Of a DNA stretch of 64,000 bases, positions 39,607 through 54,254 are shown piece by piece. A program made the translations under genes and the position numbers. The number at the start of each line of letters is the position of its first letter. Position 1 is the stretch's first letter. The stretch comes from Octopus sinensis. Lineage: Eukaryota. Where the stretch lies: positions 44,578,001 to 44,642,000 of the forward strand of contig NC_043004.1 of NCBI RefSeq assembly GCF_006345805.1, written 5' to 3'. Under the pieces are notes generated by a model. The model did no database searches. It was not told the origin of the DNA and worked only from the letters and a program-made list of their open reading frames with translations.

Positions 39607-41920
39607 CTAGCTGAAGGTGACCCGCTCTACGCGCGGGTAAGAGTGTGGTATATATATAAATGTATACAAATTATATATGTACAGATATATACGCTTTGTA
39701 TATATACATTATTATATATACATATTTATATATAGATGCACACACACACACATATATATATATTAATTAACCCAATAAATATCTGATTCATAATATTTGT
39801 TGTCATGATTGTGTGGTGGTCGTGGCGATGATAATTATCTCTATGAATGCAGACAGACGTAGAGAGTGAGTGTGTGAAAGCGCTGTGGAAGGCAGGGAGG
39901 GGGTAACGGACGCTGTGAAACGACGTTATAAAGAGAAAGTGAATGTAAGGGAGGTAGACGCTGTGAAACGACGTTATAGATAGAATGTGAAAAGAAGGGA
40001 GAAAAGAGAGTGAGTGATGGAGGAAGACAGATACATAAAAGAATGAGAGTGGGTGATGTTTTGTTTGTGGAAGGCAGGGAGGGGGTTAACGGACGCTGTG
40101 AAACGACGTTATAAAGAGAAAGTGAACGTAAGGGAGGTAGATGCTGTGAAACGACGTTATAGATAGAACGTGGAAGGAAGGGAGAAAAGAGAGTGAGTGA
40201 TGGAGGAAGACAGATATATAAAAGAATGAGAGTGGGTGATGTTTTGTTTGTTGGACCAATGTATTATGGTAGTATTGTTTTATTGTTTTAAAACGAAAGA
40301 GGCAATGTGTTTGTTTCAAAAATAAAAAAAGACAAACGTCCGCTAATGGGAAGACAGTTCATATTCGATTAGAGCACTCTGGGTATAATCATAAAAGTGA
40401 AAAATGGAATTTCGGTGGCGAATATTGTAGAGGACTCTAAAAACAAGAATTTTTTAACCTGCAGGAAGATAGTTTAAACCAAAAAAGGCTGAATGTAAAC
40501 TCACATCTGTAATAGTGTATGAAATTAGAATTCACACCCAGCTCAGTTTTGTAGAAAGAGTATCACGACGTGAACTCATGAGCTGGGAGTTTGACTGAGA
40601 GAGTTAATATGGTGACACATGCCAGTTCTTTCGACACCACCTAAATAATGGAATAGTGTATAAAATGTAATTAACAACTCATTCACTTTATGAATGTCTT
40701 ATGTTAGCGAAGAAACAATAACTTGACAAAACCATTTAATGGAGACGTAGAAGGAATCGGAAAATGAGGAATAAAGAGAATGAGTTGGATCAAATGTTTG
40801 CAAACATCTGAACCCAATGTTCTTTATGAACCATGTTGTTTTTAATGTCTTTATTTTCAAGAATGAAGAGATAACGAAGAGGTGCAAAATAAAAAAATCA
40901 AGCAAAATTTCATGACTTACAATCAGTTTTCATTTGTCAGAGCCTCCTGATAAACCACGTTCCTTGTGCGCTTATGATTGCCAAGAACGAAGAGTTTATG
41001 TGGATTTCCAACTCGAGAACAGGCTACGTACAATTGAAAACAGGTTGTGACAGGTTAAATTTCAGCAGTTATAACATGGCTTTGAATCCTCCTTATAACC
41101 ATTTGCATATTTCAGGCGTTTCCATATTTCTGAGCACCATGATTGGAGCACCAACTTTCAAACACAAGTGATGAGGTGGAAGTCCCGGAGGTGTTAGCTT
41201 GTTGAGTAGCTCGGGTGGATATTTGACTGCATCATTCTCATATTTATTTTTATCGATGGACATGAAAGAAACTCTCACCAGGAATCATATCAAGCACTTG
41301 TTTATTTGTAGCATCAGCTGTTGTATTATGAGGCGATAGAATAGCTCTTGCTCTTAGCCAATCGAGATCCTGGAAGCCTGTTTCGACGTCAGGTAAAACG
41401 GCTCTTATAAGTTCTACATTTTGAACGAAATTCCCAAAAGGCAACCAAATTTGCTCATCAACGAAAGGCAAAAGTCCATCACCAAGATCTAATAGGTGTT
41501 TTGCGAAATCCTCACACTCCACATCACCATGTAGGTGGACTCTCATGTTTGTTTGAAGATGGCGACTGATAACACTGTGTCACACATAAGAATGCTTTAT
41601 ACATGCATTAACCTCATCGGCTCTAGTGCCTGCTCGGACAACAGGAAAAGTTTGTCGAAAATCTCCTGCCGTGAGAAACGTAGCTCCACCCATTATTTTT
41701 GTATTGTGACACAAATCTTGGAGAGTTCTGTCAAGAGCCTCAAACATGGCCTTATTACTCATTGTAGCCTCATCCCAAATAAAAAGACTGCATTCACGAA
41801 GAAGTCTTGCTCTTGAGAGTCTACGATCTATATTACATATAGGATTATCTTTTTTTCCAATGTCCATGGGCAATTTGAATGCATAATATACAGCAATATA
41901 CATACATATGTTCTATATTC
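39607..41920 (-). mobile_element. Helitron 3' portion with a PIF1-like helicase pseudogene
   Basis: LFIWDEATMSNKAMFEALDRTLQDL, GDFRQTFPVV, RAILSPHN, PPGLPPHHLCLKVGAPIMVLRN, QLYVACSRVG..NVVYQEAL; 3' hairpin ACCCGC/GCGGGT (39620-38) then CTAG (39607-10) followed by T. Confidence 0.92.
39885..40250. repeat. Two ~182-bp tandem units in the Helitron 3' region
   Basis: GTGGAAGGCAGGGAGGGG at 39885 and 40067; each unit has two GA(C/T)GCTGTGAAACGACGTTATA subrepeats. Confidence 0.9.
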
Positions 41921-42010
41921 AAGGTTACAGTTGGTCAAAACAATATATTAGAATATTACAATATAGAAATATACACATATCTATATTCAAATATTGACTT
42001 TGTATATCTG

Positions 42011-43660
42011 CATTGGAGGTGGTAGATGTGGTTATCATGGCAGTGGTGATGGTGGTGTAGTGGTGACAGTGGATGTGTATGATGGCAGCAATTATAGTGT
42101 TGGTGTTTTTGTAGAGGTGGTGGTGGTGGTGGCGGTAGTGGATGATGATGATAATGATGATGATGATAGTAGTAGTGGCATTGATTATGTTAAGATGTCT
42201 CATGGATGGTAGTGTTGAAGACATTGCAGAGTATAGTGGTGGTGAAATTGGTGATTTTGAATATGATGCTGGTATTGGTCTTGGGGTTGTGGTTGCAGAA
42301 GATGGTTGTGGTGGTGGCATTGGAGGTTGTAGTAATGGTTGTAGTGGTGGTTGTGAAGATGATTCTGATATTGATAGTCTTTTCATTGAGGTGGTGGCAG
42401 TCAGAGTAAATAAGAGCCCCGTTAACACAAGATTCTTAAATTTCGAAGATCACAAGATAGAGAGCAAGAAGTTAAAAGTTCCAATACTGGCCCAATTCCT
42501 ACACCCCAGATTCTTCGACTATTTTATAAGAAAGGGGTTAATGGCAGGATAGGGAATCAGCTTAAAAATAAATTGTATAACAAAATATACATAAATAAAT
42601 TACTGCTCCAACGATGTAATTTTAGTATGTGTGTATGTATATGTGTGTGTGTATGTATGTGTGTGTATGGATCAAAACAGTTCGATTCAAATTCTGTGGT
42701 ACTTATATATTCATACATATATGTAGATGTATATAACATATATATATATTGTATGTAAACATCTTTTATATATATATATATATAATGTATGCATCTATAA
42801 TACACACACATTATAAATATATACATATATATGCATATGCATTAGAATATGTGTGTATAGGTGTGTATATATATATATATGCATATGTTTGTATACATGT
42901 GTGTGTATAAAATTAAATATATGCATAAGCAATGCAAACAATGGAAAATAATTTAAACACTCATTTTATATATACTCAGACTTTCAAAAAGAATTTAGCT
43001 ATTTAGGATCTACACAAATTTTATATATACTTCACGAAGTTTGAAAGTGGTTAGTTACAAAAAATTATTTTTTAAATCTGTAGGTCAAAAGGTAAAGATC
43101 CGGTATTTTAAATTTTTGTTGCATTTCTAATCTTTCTGATGTCTAAGGATGGATATTTATGCGTATGAATCTTTTTCTTTTTGTTTGTTTCAAATATAAT
43201 TCTAGGGAACTGAAAAAGCTGTGTACGATGCCAAGCGAATTTCGCTGTTTACGATAAGCGGATGTTTACGTTACAAACGAATAAGTTTCAAATTCTATAA
43301 AGCAATGCAAACAATGGAAAATAATTAAAACACTAATTTTATATATACTCGGACTACTCCACGAATTTGTAGGTCAAGCCAAGCGAATTTAGTTGTTTAC
43401 ATGCTTACGTTAACAACGTCACAAAATAGCTGTTTACGTCACAGTAACAATATTTTGAGAGGCAGTAAATGATATGACGTCGAAAGAAAGAATTCCATTG
43501 GTTAAGATTCGAATTATTAAACAACGTTAAACTTAGAAATTACAATTCCGTTTTCATTTTGGTTTACAATTATGTTTTCTTTTGACACATTCTACCAGTA
43601 TACGAAGTTTCAAATTGTTTAGTTAACTAGGAAAATCTGGCCTTCAAAATGAAAAGATCC
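42011..43660 (-). repeat. Composite repeat, right (inverted) copy
   Basis: Reverse complement of 28892-30021 with a longer microsatellite and an extra internal subrepeat (AAGCAATGCAAACAATGGAAAATAATT at ~42927 and ~43300). Confidence 0.85.
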
Positions 43661-44284
43661 CATCTTCAAAACAATCAATATGAGAAAAAGAGTGACTTCT
43701 CACCTTTTGAAAACAGAAACGTACACAGACACACACACACACACTCACGTACCTACCAACATACACACACATCCACACAAATGTATAAAGAAGGCAAGAA
43801 CGATAATAAAGCAGACAAAAATGGGAAGAAAGAGAAAGAAAAAAAGAAATGAGAGAAAAGGAAAGAAAGAAACAAACAAACAAATAAGCAAAAAGGAAGG
43901 AAACAGGGCAAATATCTCGTAGCTTCATCAGGTGCAGAGCAGTATGACTTTCGAGTTTTTCCTCTCAGAGTTTAAATCACGCAGAGGTCAACATTCGCAT
44001 TTCATTCTTGCAGCCATAAAAAAGGGGGCATTTAAGCACGTGATTCCATCGTCTACCCATCCCAAACAATTTCATGTCTTATGCCAAATTTACGAAGAAT
44101 TATATTTATATGTGCGTATATATATATGTATATATATATATGAGAGAAAGACACATGTATAAATACACACGTATATATTTATATATATATGTGTGTGTGT
44201 GCGTATATATGAATGTATATATATACATATAAATGTATATATATATTTATATATACACATGCCTGTGTGTGCGCGCGCGTGCGT

Positions 44285-44523
44285 GTGCTAAAACGTTTGC
44301 TTCCCAACATGGTTCAGGGTCATTCCACCGGCGTTTGACAATCGCTGTTGGTTTGTTTACAACCCCCGCGCGTTAGTGGTCGGACAAAAAGAGGCGTATA
44401 TATTAAGTACCAGACATTAAAAAAAAAACAACGTAGTGGGAGCGACTTGCTCGACTAAACTCTTCAAGTCTGTACTCCAGCGTGGCCGCATTCTAATGAG
44501 TGAAACCAGTAAAATATGAAAGA
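44285..44523 (+). mobile_element. Degenerate SINE type C
   Basis: Tail TACTCCAGCGTGGCCGCATTCTAATGAGTGAAAC resembles 58915-58950. Confidence 0.65.
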
Positions 44524-45589
44524 TATATGAACGCGTGAGTGACTGGGTATGTACGTATACAGAGAGAGTAAGAGAGAGAGAGAGAGATTAGTGATTATAT
44601 AAATTTAGTTTTCTTCTAGTGACATTTGTTTTGAAGGATATCTCATTAAAAGGTGCCCTTAAGAGTAATATGACGTAGACTAATTCAAACACCGATCTTG
44701 AGTGACACTACGAGGTTTCTAAAGAAAATATTCCAGCCTCTCTTTGTCATAATCTGTCAATACGTAACTTTAGACTAGAAGGAGATATAGGTGTCTGTAT
44801 TGTGTATTAAAGTGTGCTAAATGTGTTACAATCTCAAGTATTTATAAATTTGTCAAGCTATCACTTAAATATATGACATTTTTTCATAAATTATTCGTTC
44901 TATATAAAATATTTCTATATCTGATCTAAACAACATTTGGTGAATACTCTGTAGAGAGAAAATATTTATCAGCGAAACAACGATGTTAGTTGTTATTGAG
45001 CTATAGTAACTTTTTTTCTACCTTTTAAAAGGCACACCTCTTCAAATATTCAAAATTATTAACGAATCCTTTGATGTAATGGATAAAACATTGAAATTGT
45101 TAAGTCAAACTGGCAAATTAAATATTAAAGTGTCTGTATGAAAACATTAAACATTTATCAGATGTCTACATTAAAAAAAAAAAGACAGTATCAAGATATT
45201 GCTAATAAAAAAAAAAGACTATCAGATATTAATAAGAAGAAAAACGGTATCTAAATATTACTATTAAACAGAACAGTCGCAAGATATTACAACAGAAAAA
45301 AATGAAATGTGTTGGCTATTCTTAGTGTTGTTCATATAACTGTAAATGTATGGTATTTCGGTGTTCAGAATGATCCGCGTGTTATGTTAAACATCTATTC
45401 ATAAATGTGTATCGTTTATATGAAATACGGACGAGAAGATCTATTTTGGAAAAGTAATTTGTTAAATTCACGTATCCTCCTCCTCCTCCTCCTCATCGTT
45501 CTTATCCTTAGCGTCATCAATATCATCATCATTCTCACTGTTATCCTTATCATCCTCATATTATCATCTTCCAGAGTAAAGGGTAATAA

Positions 45590-47840
45590 TAATAATAGGT
45601 GGTCTAAAGTCAGGCTGGAAGCAAGGTTACTTGCTCAACGTTCTCAGATTCTTTAACTTGGATGTGGTAGCCGTTATTAAAACCAGGATTTCTAGGATAC
45701 ACACAGTCAGTCCCATGTCTGACGATCACAGGACATTGTCTGATGGTATCAGGCGGTAGAGTAGCAGAGCTTTTCCAGAAAGAATTAGGCTTAGAGGTTC
45801 AGACGTTCTTTCTGGATCTGGCAGATAATTCAGTAGTACTAGATGTGCATGACTGTAAAGACAGGTCCTTCAGCCTATCGGCCGTCTATGCACCGGCCGG
45901 GGCTGGACGGCCAGATATTTTAGAAGTCTAAAAACCTTACTAGAAATATCCTGCTCTTTAGTTTTAGTCGATAATTGGAATAGTAATCTTGGGCGTATGA
46001 TGGGACTGGGTATGTTTAACCTATAGAAGAAGATACAAGGCTTCGAAAAGGAGGTAGGTCAAACGTTTCCAACCGACTGGATTTCCCGAATGCGCCAATG
46101 TGGACGTGGCGCAACAGCGTTGGGTCTTAGAGAGTTCTTTTGGTTAACTAAAATGGATATGTTAGCGTCCACAATTCAAATTGGTCGGCTGCACTGAACA
46201 TAAATTTGTGATCTTCACTGTTGCCTTAAATATGATTCATAGGTAGGAATCCGGCTATTGGAACTTGAACGTGTCTTTCCCGAACTGGAGAGCTACTTAA
46301 GAGACATTTGATATGAGCGATAGTCAATAGCAAGTGGTGGGTAATCCTGAAGAAGGTAATTAAACGTGGGCCAATATAATATGGTAGAGCGTGGGCTGAT
46401 AGAAATAGATTTGAGAAGCTAGTTAGTAAACTACAAGAGACCATTAGAAGTGACATCGCGACCAACGTGCTGGCGGCAAAAATGGCTCTCGACAATTTCT
46501 TCAATTCGAAATAGGAATGCTGCGTTGTCAAGGCTAGAGCTGGTGCGCTAAAACAAGAAGTCATTCGGTGGATTTCGGTGTTGGAGGCGCAACGTGATAA
46601 CAGGACTGCAATTCAGTTTTTATAGATCACGATAGTTACATACTGTACGAGCCCACGCAAATGTGTGCGGACTTCCAGCAGCACTTCGCCCAAAGTTTTA
46701 GAGAACGTTATAGGTCACTGCGACTCTTGGAAGAAGAGGTTAAGTATTGCAACAGGCCAATAACAGCATCTGACATACGATAAGTACTGAACGTTTGAAT
46801 AAAGAACAAATCCCCCGGTATGGATGGCCTGCTCTTTGCGTTTTATGGTTGTATGCTAGATTTGTTTGGTGAGATCTTGGCAAATGTCTATCACAGCTGG
46901 CAGCAAAACAGGAGCATTCCCTGATCTGTACGTCTAGGTGTGTTAGCTTTACTGAGAAGAGACGCCAAACCAGTGAACATTATAGATAATTTCCGGCCCA
47001 TAAGGTTGGCGCTTTTGTAGATGGGTTGGTCGGAGAAGCTCAGATGTGTGCTATGTCCAATAGATTCATCTACGAGAACATTCACCTCAAGCGTTACATC
47101 ATACAATGGGTGGCGAATCTGGCATCAGTGGAGCTCTGACCAATTTGAATCAATCAACCATCGCTACTTGGCAACAATCCTGAAAGCAGCCGGTTTGGGA
47201 CTTGTTTTCACTGACAGGATTACAGCAATGTAGACTGATGCTTGCCCAGTGATAAAAGTAAACGGCCACCTCTCGGAAATGTTTCATATCTCGCGCTCCA
47301 TCCGTCAGCGGCTTCGTCTCTCATCTTTGCTACGGAAGCTAGAATTCTCGATGGGCATCCCTTTCGAACTAGGATGCAGGATAAATGTGTTGGTGTAGGT
47401 GTAGGCGCATGGCATCAGAGTATAGGTGTCAGATAACACGAAAATTCAAGTAGTCGATTCCATTTTATAGGAACACGATGCGATGGCAGGAGCTGAGATA
47501 AATCCGAACAAGCCAGTCGACTTGCAGCTCGGCAGCTGGAGAGGCAAGACTATGCCATCAAACAACGTAATAGGTGGGTGGACAAACGGACCAGTGGAAT
47601 TTCTCAGTGTCTCGGTGTTTTGCAGACTTCCAGGTAGACTAGAACTGGAATAAGGCCGCAAGCAGGGTGGCCAGTCACACTCATAAATAGGATGAGAAGA
47701 AATTATTCCTGAAATGTCTTGCAAAAGTAGCGAATGCTCTCAGCGATTCCTTAATGACTTACGACTTGGCTATTGTACCTTGACCCACTCCACGTTTGAT
47801 CGGATTGGAAATTCACTTTTCCACTTCCTATGGAAAGAAC
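45590..47840 (+). mobile_element. Decayed Tx1-like (L1 clade) LINE, endonuclease + RT
   Basis: LDVVAVIKTR, FSLSAVYAP, WTWRNS, NKSPGMDGL, DNFRPI, DQFESINHRYLATILKAAGLG, GAEINPNK..LQLGSWRGKTM..WTNGPVEFL; internally deleted and frameshifted. Confidence 0.8.
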
Positions 47841-47844
47841 ACGT

Positions 47845-47985
47845 TCCAGTGATTTGAGTTCAAATTCTGCCGAGGTCGACTTTGCCCTTCATCTCTTCAG
47901 GATCGATGAAATATGTTCCAGTTACGTACTGGGTCGATAAAATCGACTGGCCTCTCCACACAAGTTTCAGGCCTTGTGACTTTGC
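47845..47985 (+). mobile_element. SINE type D fragment
   Basis: GAGTTCAAATTCTGCCGAGGTCGACTTTGCCCTTCATC. Confidence 0.8.
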
Positions 47986-47993
47986 TAGAATGG

Positions 47994-48030
<37 letters not shown>

Positions 48031-48123
48031 GTATCATCATCATCATCATCATCATCATTATCATCATCATCATCATCATAACCATCATCATCATTATTAT
48101 TATAATTATTATTATTATCATCA

Positions 48124-48165
<42 letters not shown>

Positions 48166-48240
48166 TTATTGTTATTGTTGTTATTACTATTATCATCATC
48201 ATCATTATTATTATTATTGTTATTGCTATTATTATTTCAT
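47994..48240. repeat. (ATT)n/(ATC)n trinucleotide repeat
   Basis: Direct reading. Confidence 0.95.
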
Positions 48241-48332
48241 TTCTAGGCAATATTCGGTCATCTGAATCTGTCATACACAAAAGATTTCTAGCGAGTTTCC
48301 TTAAAAATTTATATTTGTTGCTTGGTCATTTT

Positions 48333-48728
48333 TCATGTCAACGACTTCATATAGAAGGTCAACGCGTAACTAATTTTGAAGTAAGATGTATTAGTTATCC
48401 AGTAGTAACTATAGCTGTAATCTTTAGTATAAGAGCAAACATCAAAAGCGTCCGGTAATATCCCAAGATGCTTCTTTATTGGAGCAGTAAATTTTGGAAT
48501 CAATGATACATCTTCGCTAACAACTTCATCCTGTGACAGGAATTTAGCCAAATCCATGTTCACAGCAGAATTTTCTCTTTGAAGGACGGCGTCTTGTCTC
48601 ATGAAATAAACGCTTTCATTTCGTCGAAGAGAGATAGTCAGATACAGAGCCTGCAGGGTTGAGAAGGCTGTCGCTGCAGGCATATTCGAAGATATTAACG
48701 AGTCGTAGTTTTGTGCAGATGTATGCAA
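48333..48728 (-). other. Unassigned non-repetitive 131-codon open frame, possible exon
   Basis: Longest complex-sequence ORF not assignable to a TE; acceptor-like CCTTCTCAACCCTGCAG at ~48650-48666 (-). No domain recognised. Confidence 0.2.
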
Positions 48729-49298
48729 TTTCGTTTGGATTATATGTACAGGCTATCCGAAAAGATTAATTCATATCTCACAATTATGGTATGTACGGTT
48801 ATGAGGGTTTACCTGTAATTACACGTTATAAACCTTACATAACTTTAGAGAATAACTTATTATTCAAAATTACATAAAATACCAAGATTGAAACAGAAAT
48901 AATTTGAAACCTTACTACAAAACCTCTGCAACGATATACTGTATAAATTGGGGATTTTTACCATCCATCTAGTGTCTTCCGAATTTAATGGAAACATAAG
49001 GTAACATTTCTGTACATCAGCGGTTCGTGAAAGATTTCAAAGAGGATTTGAATAATGTTTCGGAAAGTATGTCGCCGCTTCCACATGATGCTGTTTAAAT
49101 TCTTGCGTCCGTACGATCGAATCAAACCTGCATGAATTGATGTCACAATAGGCATAGCATAACCAAGTATAACACTTTATAAATAGTATAACGTATAGCA
49201 CGCAACAAGTACACTATCCAACTATGAAAATACAAGAAACATCTGCTGAGAAACAAAATATTGTATGCCCCACTAGATTTTATATGTATATATATATA

Positions 49299-49345
<47 letters not shown>

Positions 49346-49549
49346 CATATAGATGTAGGTACGTACATATATGTATGCATATATGCATATGTTTTATTTA
49401 TTAATTTGTTATAATATATATATATAAAGGGTGAAGTATAATTAATTCAATTATTTTTGTAGTAATAGTAATAGTAACTCATTCGACTGCTATTTCTAAT
49501 ATTTTCGGTATGTGGTTTAAGCAACTTATTGCAAATAACCCTTTTATTA

Positions 49550-49595
<46 letters not shown>

Positions 49596-50932
49596 GGGAG
49601 AGAGAGACAGCCAGAGACACATGCATAAACATATACATACACATACATAAATACACATATACATGCATACATACATACATACAAACGTACATATATACAT
49701 ACATACAACTTGTTTTATATTAGAGGAATTTGACATTAAACTGAAAGATTGCTGAAAACTATTTACTAGAGTACAACTTTAGCAGCATCTGTAGAGAAGA
49801 GATTGACAGTGACTTAAAATTTCTACTCACTCTCTTTCAGTCAGCTGTTAGATAGTTTGATACGTATTGGCGTTATAGATCTTTTGGAAGACTTTTTATT
49901 TGTAAGTGGAGCAATATGAGAGTAATTAGAAGTCATTTCGTCCAACAAGAACAGTAGTTGCGAAGGAAAGGTGTTTAAAGGAAGAAACGTAGTCGTACGT
50001 TGATATAAAGGTAGTGTAAAGGTACTGTGGGGATATTTATTTCAGTATGTTGTAGGAATTCTGATAATGTTTGCGGTTCATTCAGGTGAGGATGTAAAGT
50101 CGTAAACGTATGTGACATATTTAGATAACGATTTTCTTTCTATAGAAAACTGAATTTTATTGTATTGAAGGACTTTTTAAAAAATACTTCGAGGTGAATC
50201 CATTGGTCACACCGTTAACGTCGAAATGTTGATTTACATTAACAAATTTTTTACTATGTATCGTAGGAAGTTTTAGATTAAGAAGAGTATGTAACTTTGA
50301 ATACTTATCAGTGCTTTTTTTATATCTTCCTACTCTGTTTATGTATCTCTAGATTTTATGAATATGGTCAGAAGTAGGCATGTAACTGTAAGTCATTACG
50401 TTTAGCTCAAGGCCACACCATAGTACGAGAATTTTTCATAGGTATTTAAGTTCATGAGGGCTGTATAACTTATGTATAAACATTCAAATATGTATACGTA
50501 TCCACATGTAAATATACATGTGCCTAAGTGTTTATAAAGATCGTATATGTCCACAGAAACATATACAACTATACCTTGTGCTAGAAAGTGCAATAGCCTT
50601 GTGCTAGAAAGAGCAATAGCAGACTCAAACCACTAATTATGGATAAATTCTCGAAATGGTTGAAAATTAAAAGCGTTTACCAATTAATTTAGTTCCCAGA
50701 CCATGGTTTCTAACTCATTCCAGTAAAAAATGTTCACTGAGGCTAGTTTCGTCAGTAGGAAGCCTTTAGATATCAAATATACACACAACTACATTCACCT
50801 GTAAACCAGCTGCCTGTATATCCTAATTTTTCAAAACAACCGCGTCGATGCAGTTTATTTCCGGCGACAGAGAGGATGCCGGTAAAAAATTCGAAAAAAA
50901 TAATTTATCATATATTATTATTTATTATGTTT

Positions 50933-51012
<80 letters not shown>

Positions 51013-51384
51013 ATATGTGTGTGTGTTTGTGCATGCATTTAAATATTTATTAATACATATTGTGCTGTTATTAAGGAGATTTAAATATATAAACAGACAC
51101 TCACACGCAAACACGCACACACTCTTGCATATACATTCATTAGATGCACACATATATACATACGTGTGTATGTACGCTACGGTGGGCGTGTGTGTCTGAC
51201 TGTGTGCATATATTGTTATATCGGGCTATTTGCTGGAAACTGCTTACTGGTATTTACACCGGGAACATATTTATCGTATGTATTACAATCAACGATATAA
51301 TGGTATCTTTACACCAAATACCACGAATTCTGAGCTGAATTCAAATGTATATAGATGTGTGGCTGTGTGTGGTTAGCACAGATG

Positions 51385-51445
<61 letters not shown>

Positions 51446-51564
51446 GCGTATCTAGAAACTAGAAATTTAAAAAATCTACAAGAATAAATGATATTCTGCG
51501 ATATTCTTTTCTATAATAGTAAATTACAACATATTATATAACTTCGACAGATAACGAAAAGCAC

Positions 51565-51619
<55 letters not shown>

Positions 51620-51674
51620 GCGTGTGTGAGTGTGTTTGTATGTGTAATGTATCTATGTATATATATATATACAT

Positions 51675-51707
<33 letters not shown>

Positions 51708-51834
51708 GTATGTATATATATATGTATACCTATATATATATATATGCATATATATATATATATATATGCATATGCATATATATATATATGCATATGCATA
51801 TATATATATATGCATATGCATATATATATATATA

Positions 51835-51888
<54 letters not shown>

Positions 51889-51901
51889 ATATATATATAT
51901 G

Positions 51902-51932
<31 letters not shown>

Positions 51933-52173
51933 CCATGAAGTATCAGGTTACTATTGCTTGCAAAGGAGGTATTATTAGAATTCAGTTTATTTGATACACT
52001 ACGTTGGTCAAACATTATTCGATACTTATTTATTTCTTCATGTATAGTCACGAAGTAAACTTCTTTTATAATTTATCTTATATAATTATTTTTTTTGTGT
52101 GTACGACAAAAAAATTCTATGAGAAAGTTTTATTATTAATATTATTATTATTATTTTATTATTATTATTATTA

Positions 52174-52267
<94 letters not shown>

Positions 52268-52290
52268 TAATAATAATAATAATAATAGTG
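51385..52290. repeat. (TA)n, (TATATGCA)-type and (TTA)n/(TAA)n microsatellite cluster
   Basis: Direct reading. Confidence 0.9.
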
Positions 52291-52794
52291 ATGATGTCGA
52301 TGATGATGATATGGATGGAAAGTGTATGTCTTTTGTTTTGTGTTTGTTTGTTTTTTGTTTTTTTTTTATCGTGTGCTATCTTATCATTTTTATCTCTCTA
52401 GAATGCTGTAGTGTCTCTGTGGCATTCACTTTCAGCGAAGCAAAAGCGGAGAGTGAAGGGCAACGAGGATGATAAGAGATCGAGAGATAGAGAGATATAA
52501 AGAGAGATTACAGAGGAAAAGAGAGAATGAGACAAGGGAAGAAACTGACTGCCAGAAAGATAGAGAGAGAGAGAGAGAAAACGATAGACAGAGAGCTATA
52601 GAATGAGTGAGAAAAGAGAAAGTGAAGGTGAATTATACATTAAATGAACCCTACTAACAGTAGATTCAGCCAAAACAAAAGAGAGGGGGAAAAAATTATT
52701 ACCATTATCTCTTTATTTCTATGGATTCTGGCCAGAGTTCTTGTAAATTATTGGCTAGTAATAGAATCATTTCTTTCTTTCAGGCATCAGTATC

Positions 52795-52842
52795 GCAGTC
52801 ATCCATCATCATTATCGCGAATGTCATAGTCAACATCATCAC

Positions 52843-52889
<47 letters not shown>

Positions 52890-53237
52890 CTATCATCATC
52901 ATCATCATCATCATCATCATCGGCAGCAGCAGCATCATCATTGTCATCGTCTTTATCATGAAGTTAATCAACATCATCATCGTTATCATCATCACCACCT
53001 CCATCACCAGTATTGCCGTCTTTATTACGATTCTAATCAACATCATCATCGTATGCATATCATCATCTTCATCATCACTACCACTGCCATCATCATTATC
53101 TTCTTCATCCTCATCATACTCGTCGTCATCTACATCATCCTCCCCTCCTGCTCATCATCATCGTCACCACCATCATCATCATCAGTACTAGCACCATCAC
53201 TATCATCATCAGCAGCAGCAGTACTATGACCACCACC

Positions 53238-53282
<45 letters not shown>

Positions 53283-53330
53283 TATACCATTACCGCTATC
53301 ATTCTAACCACCACTACCTCCACCATTTGT
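52795..53330. repeat. (CAT)n degenerate trinucleotide repeat
   Basis: Direct reading. Confidence 0.92.
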
Positions 53331-54254
53331 AGATGGTCATCGACAGAAGTCTTTTACATGGTCACTTGACAAACAAGAAATGGTTGACCAAAATCTCTTT
53401 TAAAAACACTATCAAGTGGGTTTTAAATCATATATTTTGTTACTCCCCTTTTTCTAAAAAGCCACGACTTTCATGGTTAGAATGCCCTTGACAATTGGAC
53501 CACTCATAAATATACCGAATAGAAGCTAACTTACAATTCAACAATAACAATCTTCATTACTAGAGAGCGTACAACTTGGCTTCCGTCCTTTGCTTATTTC
53601 ACTTTGTCTTTTCTGTACAAATATCCGCCATTTGCATAAATTTGGAAGCATCATGTTATATAACAGTTTGCATGGTATTTCAGTTAAGGGGAGCGACCTT
53701 GTTAGGGAATTTGGCTCATGATCGAAAGAACATGCGTTCTGTTCCTAGACTGGGCGGGACTTTGTGTCCATGAGCAAGATGCCTCACCTCATATTCCTCC
53801 AGTCTCTTCTGTTATAATGAATAGCCCTCACGTGCTACTACAGCTCTCTCTCTCTCTCTTTCTCTTTCTCTTTCTCTCTTCCTCTCCCCAGCTGTCATAT
53901 TCTGTGTCAAAGGTGAGGAAGTGAGACGGTATCTATGTCTGCTCGTGATTATATAGGGCGAAAAATCAAGGTATATGTTACCAAGTCATACTTACGAGTG
54001 CGTGATATCTGGTTGCATTGCTACTTCAATTTCTGTCACTTTCCCTGCCTCTATTCCGGTAGTCAAACCTAGAAACTCTGTAGATATGCGGTTATAATTT
54101 CATTTAAAGCATATATCATATTCGGACGTTTAATCACTGAAGATTATCAAGATACAACGTGCTGTAATACTGTTATATAACAAGCACAGCATGCATTTGG
54201 TAACCTCACTTACACATGTGTATATATATATTTATATATATATATATATAATAA

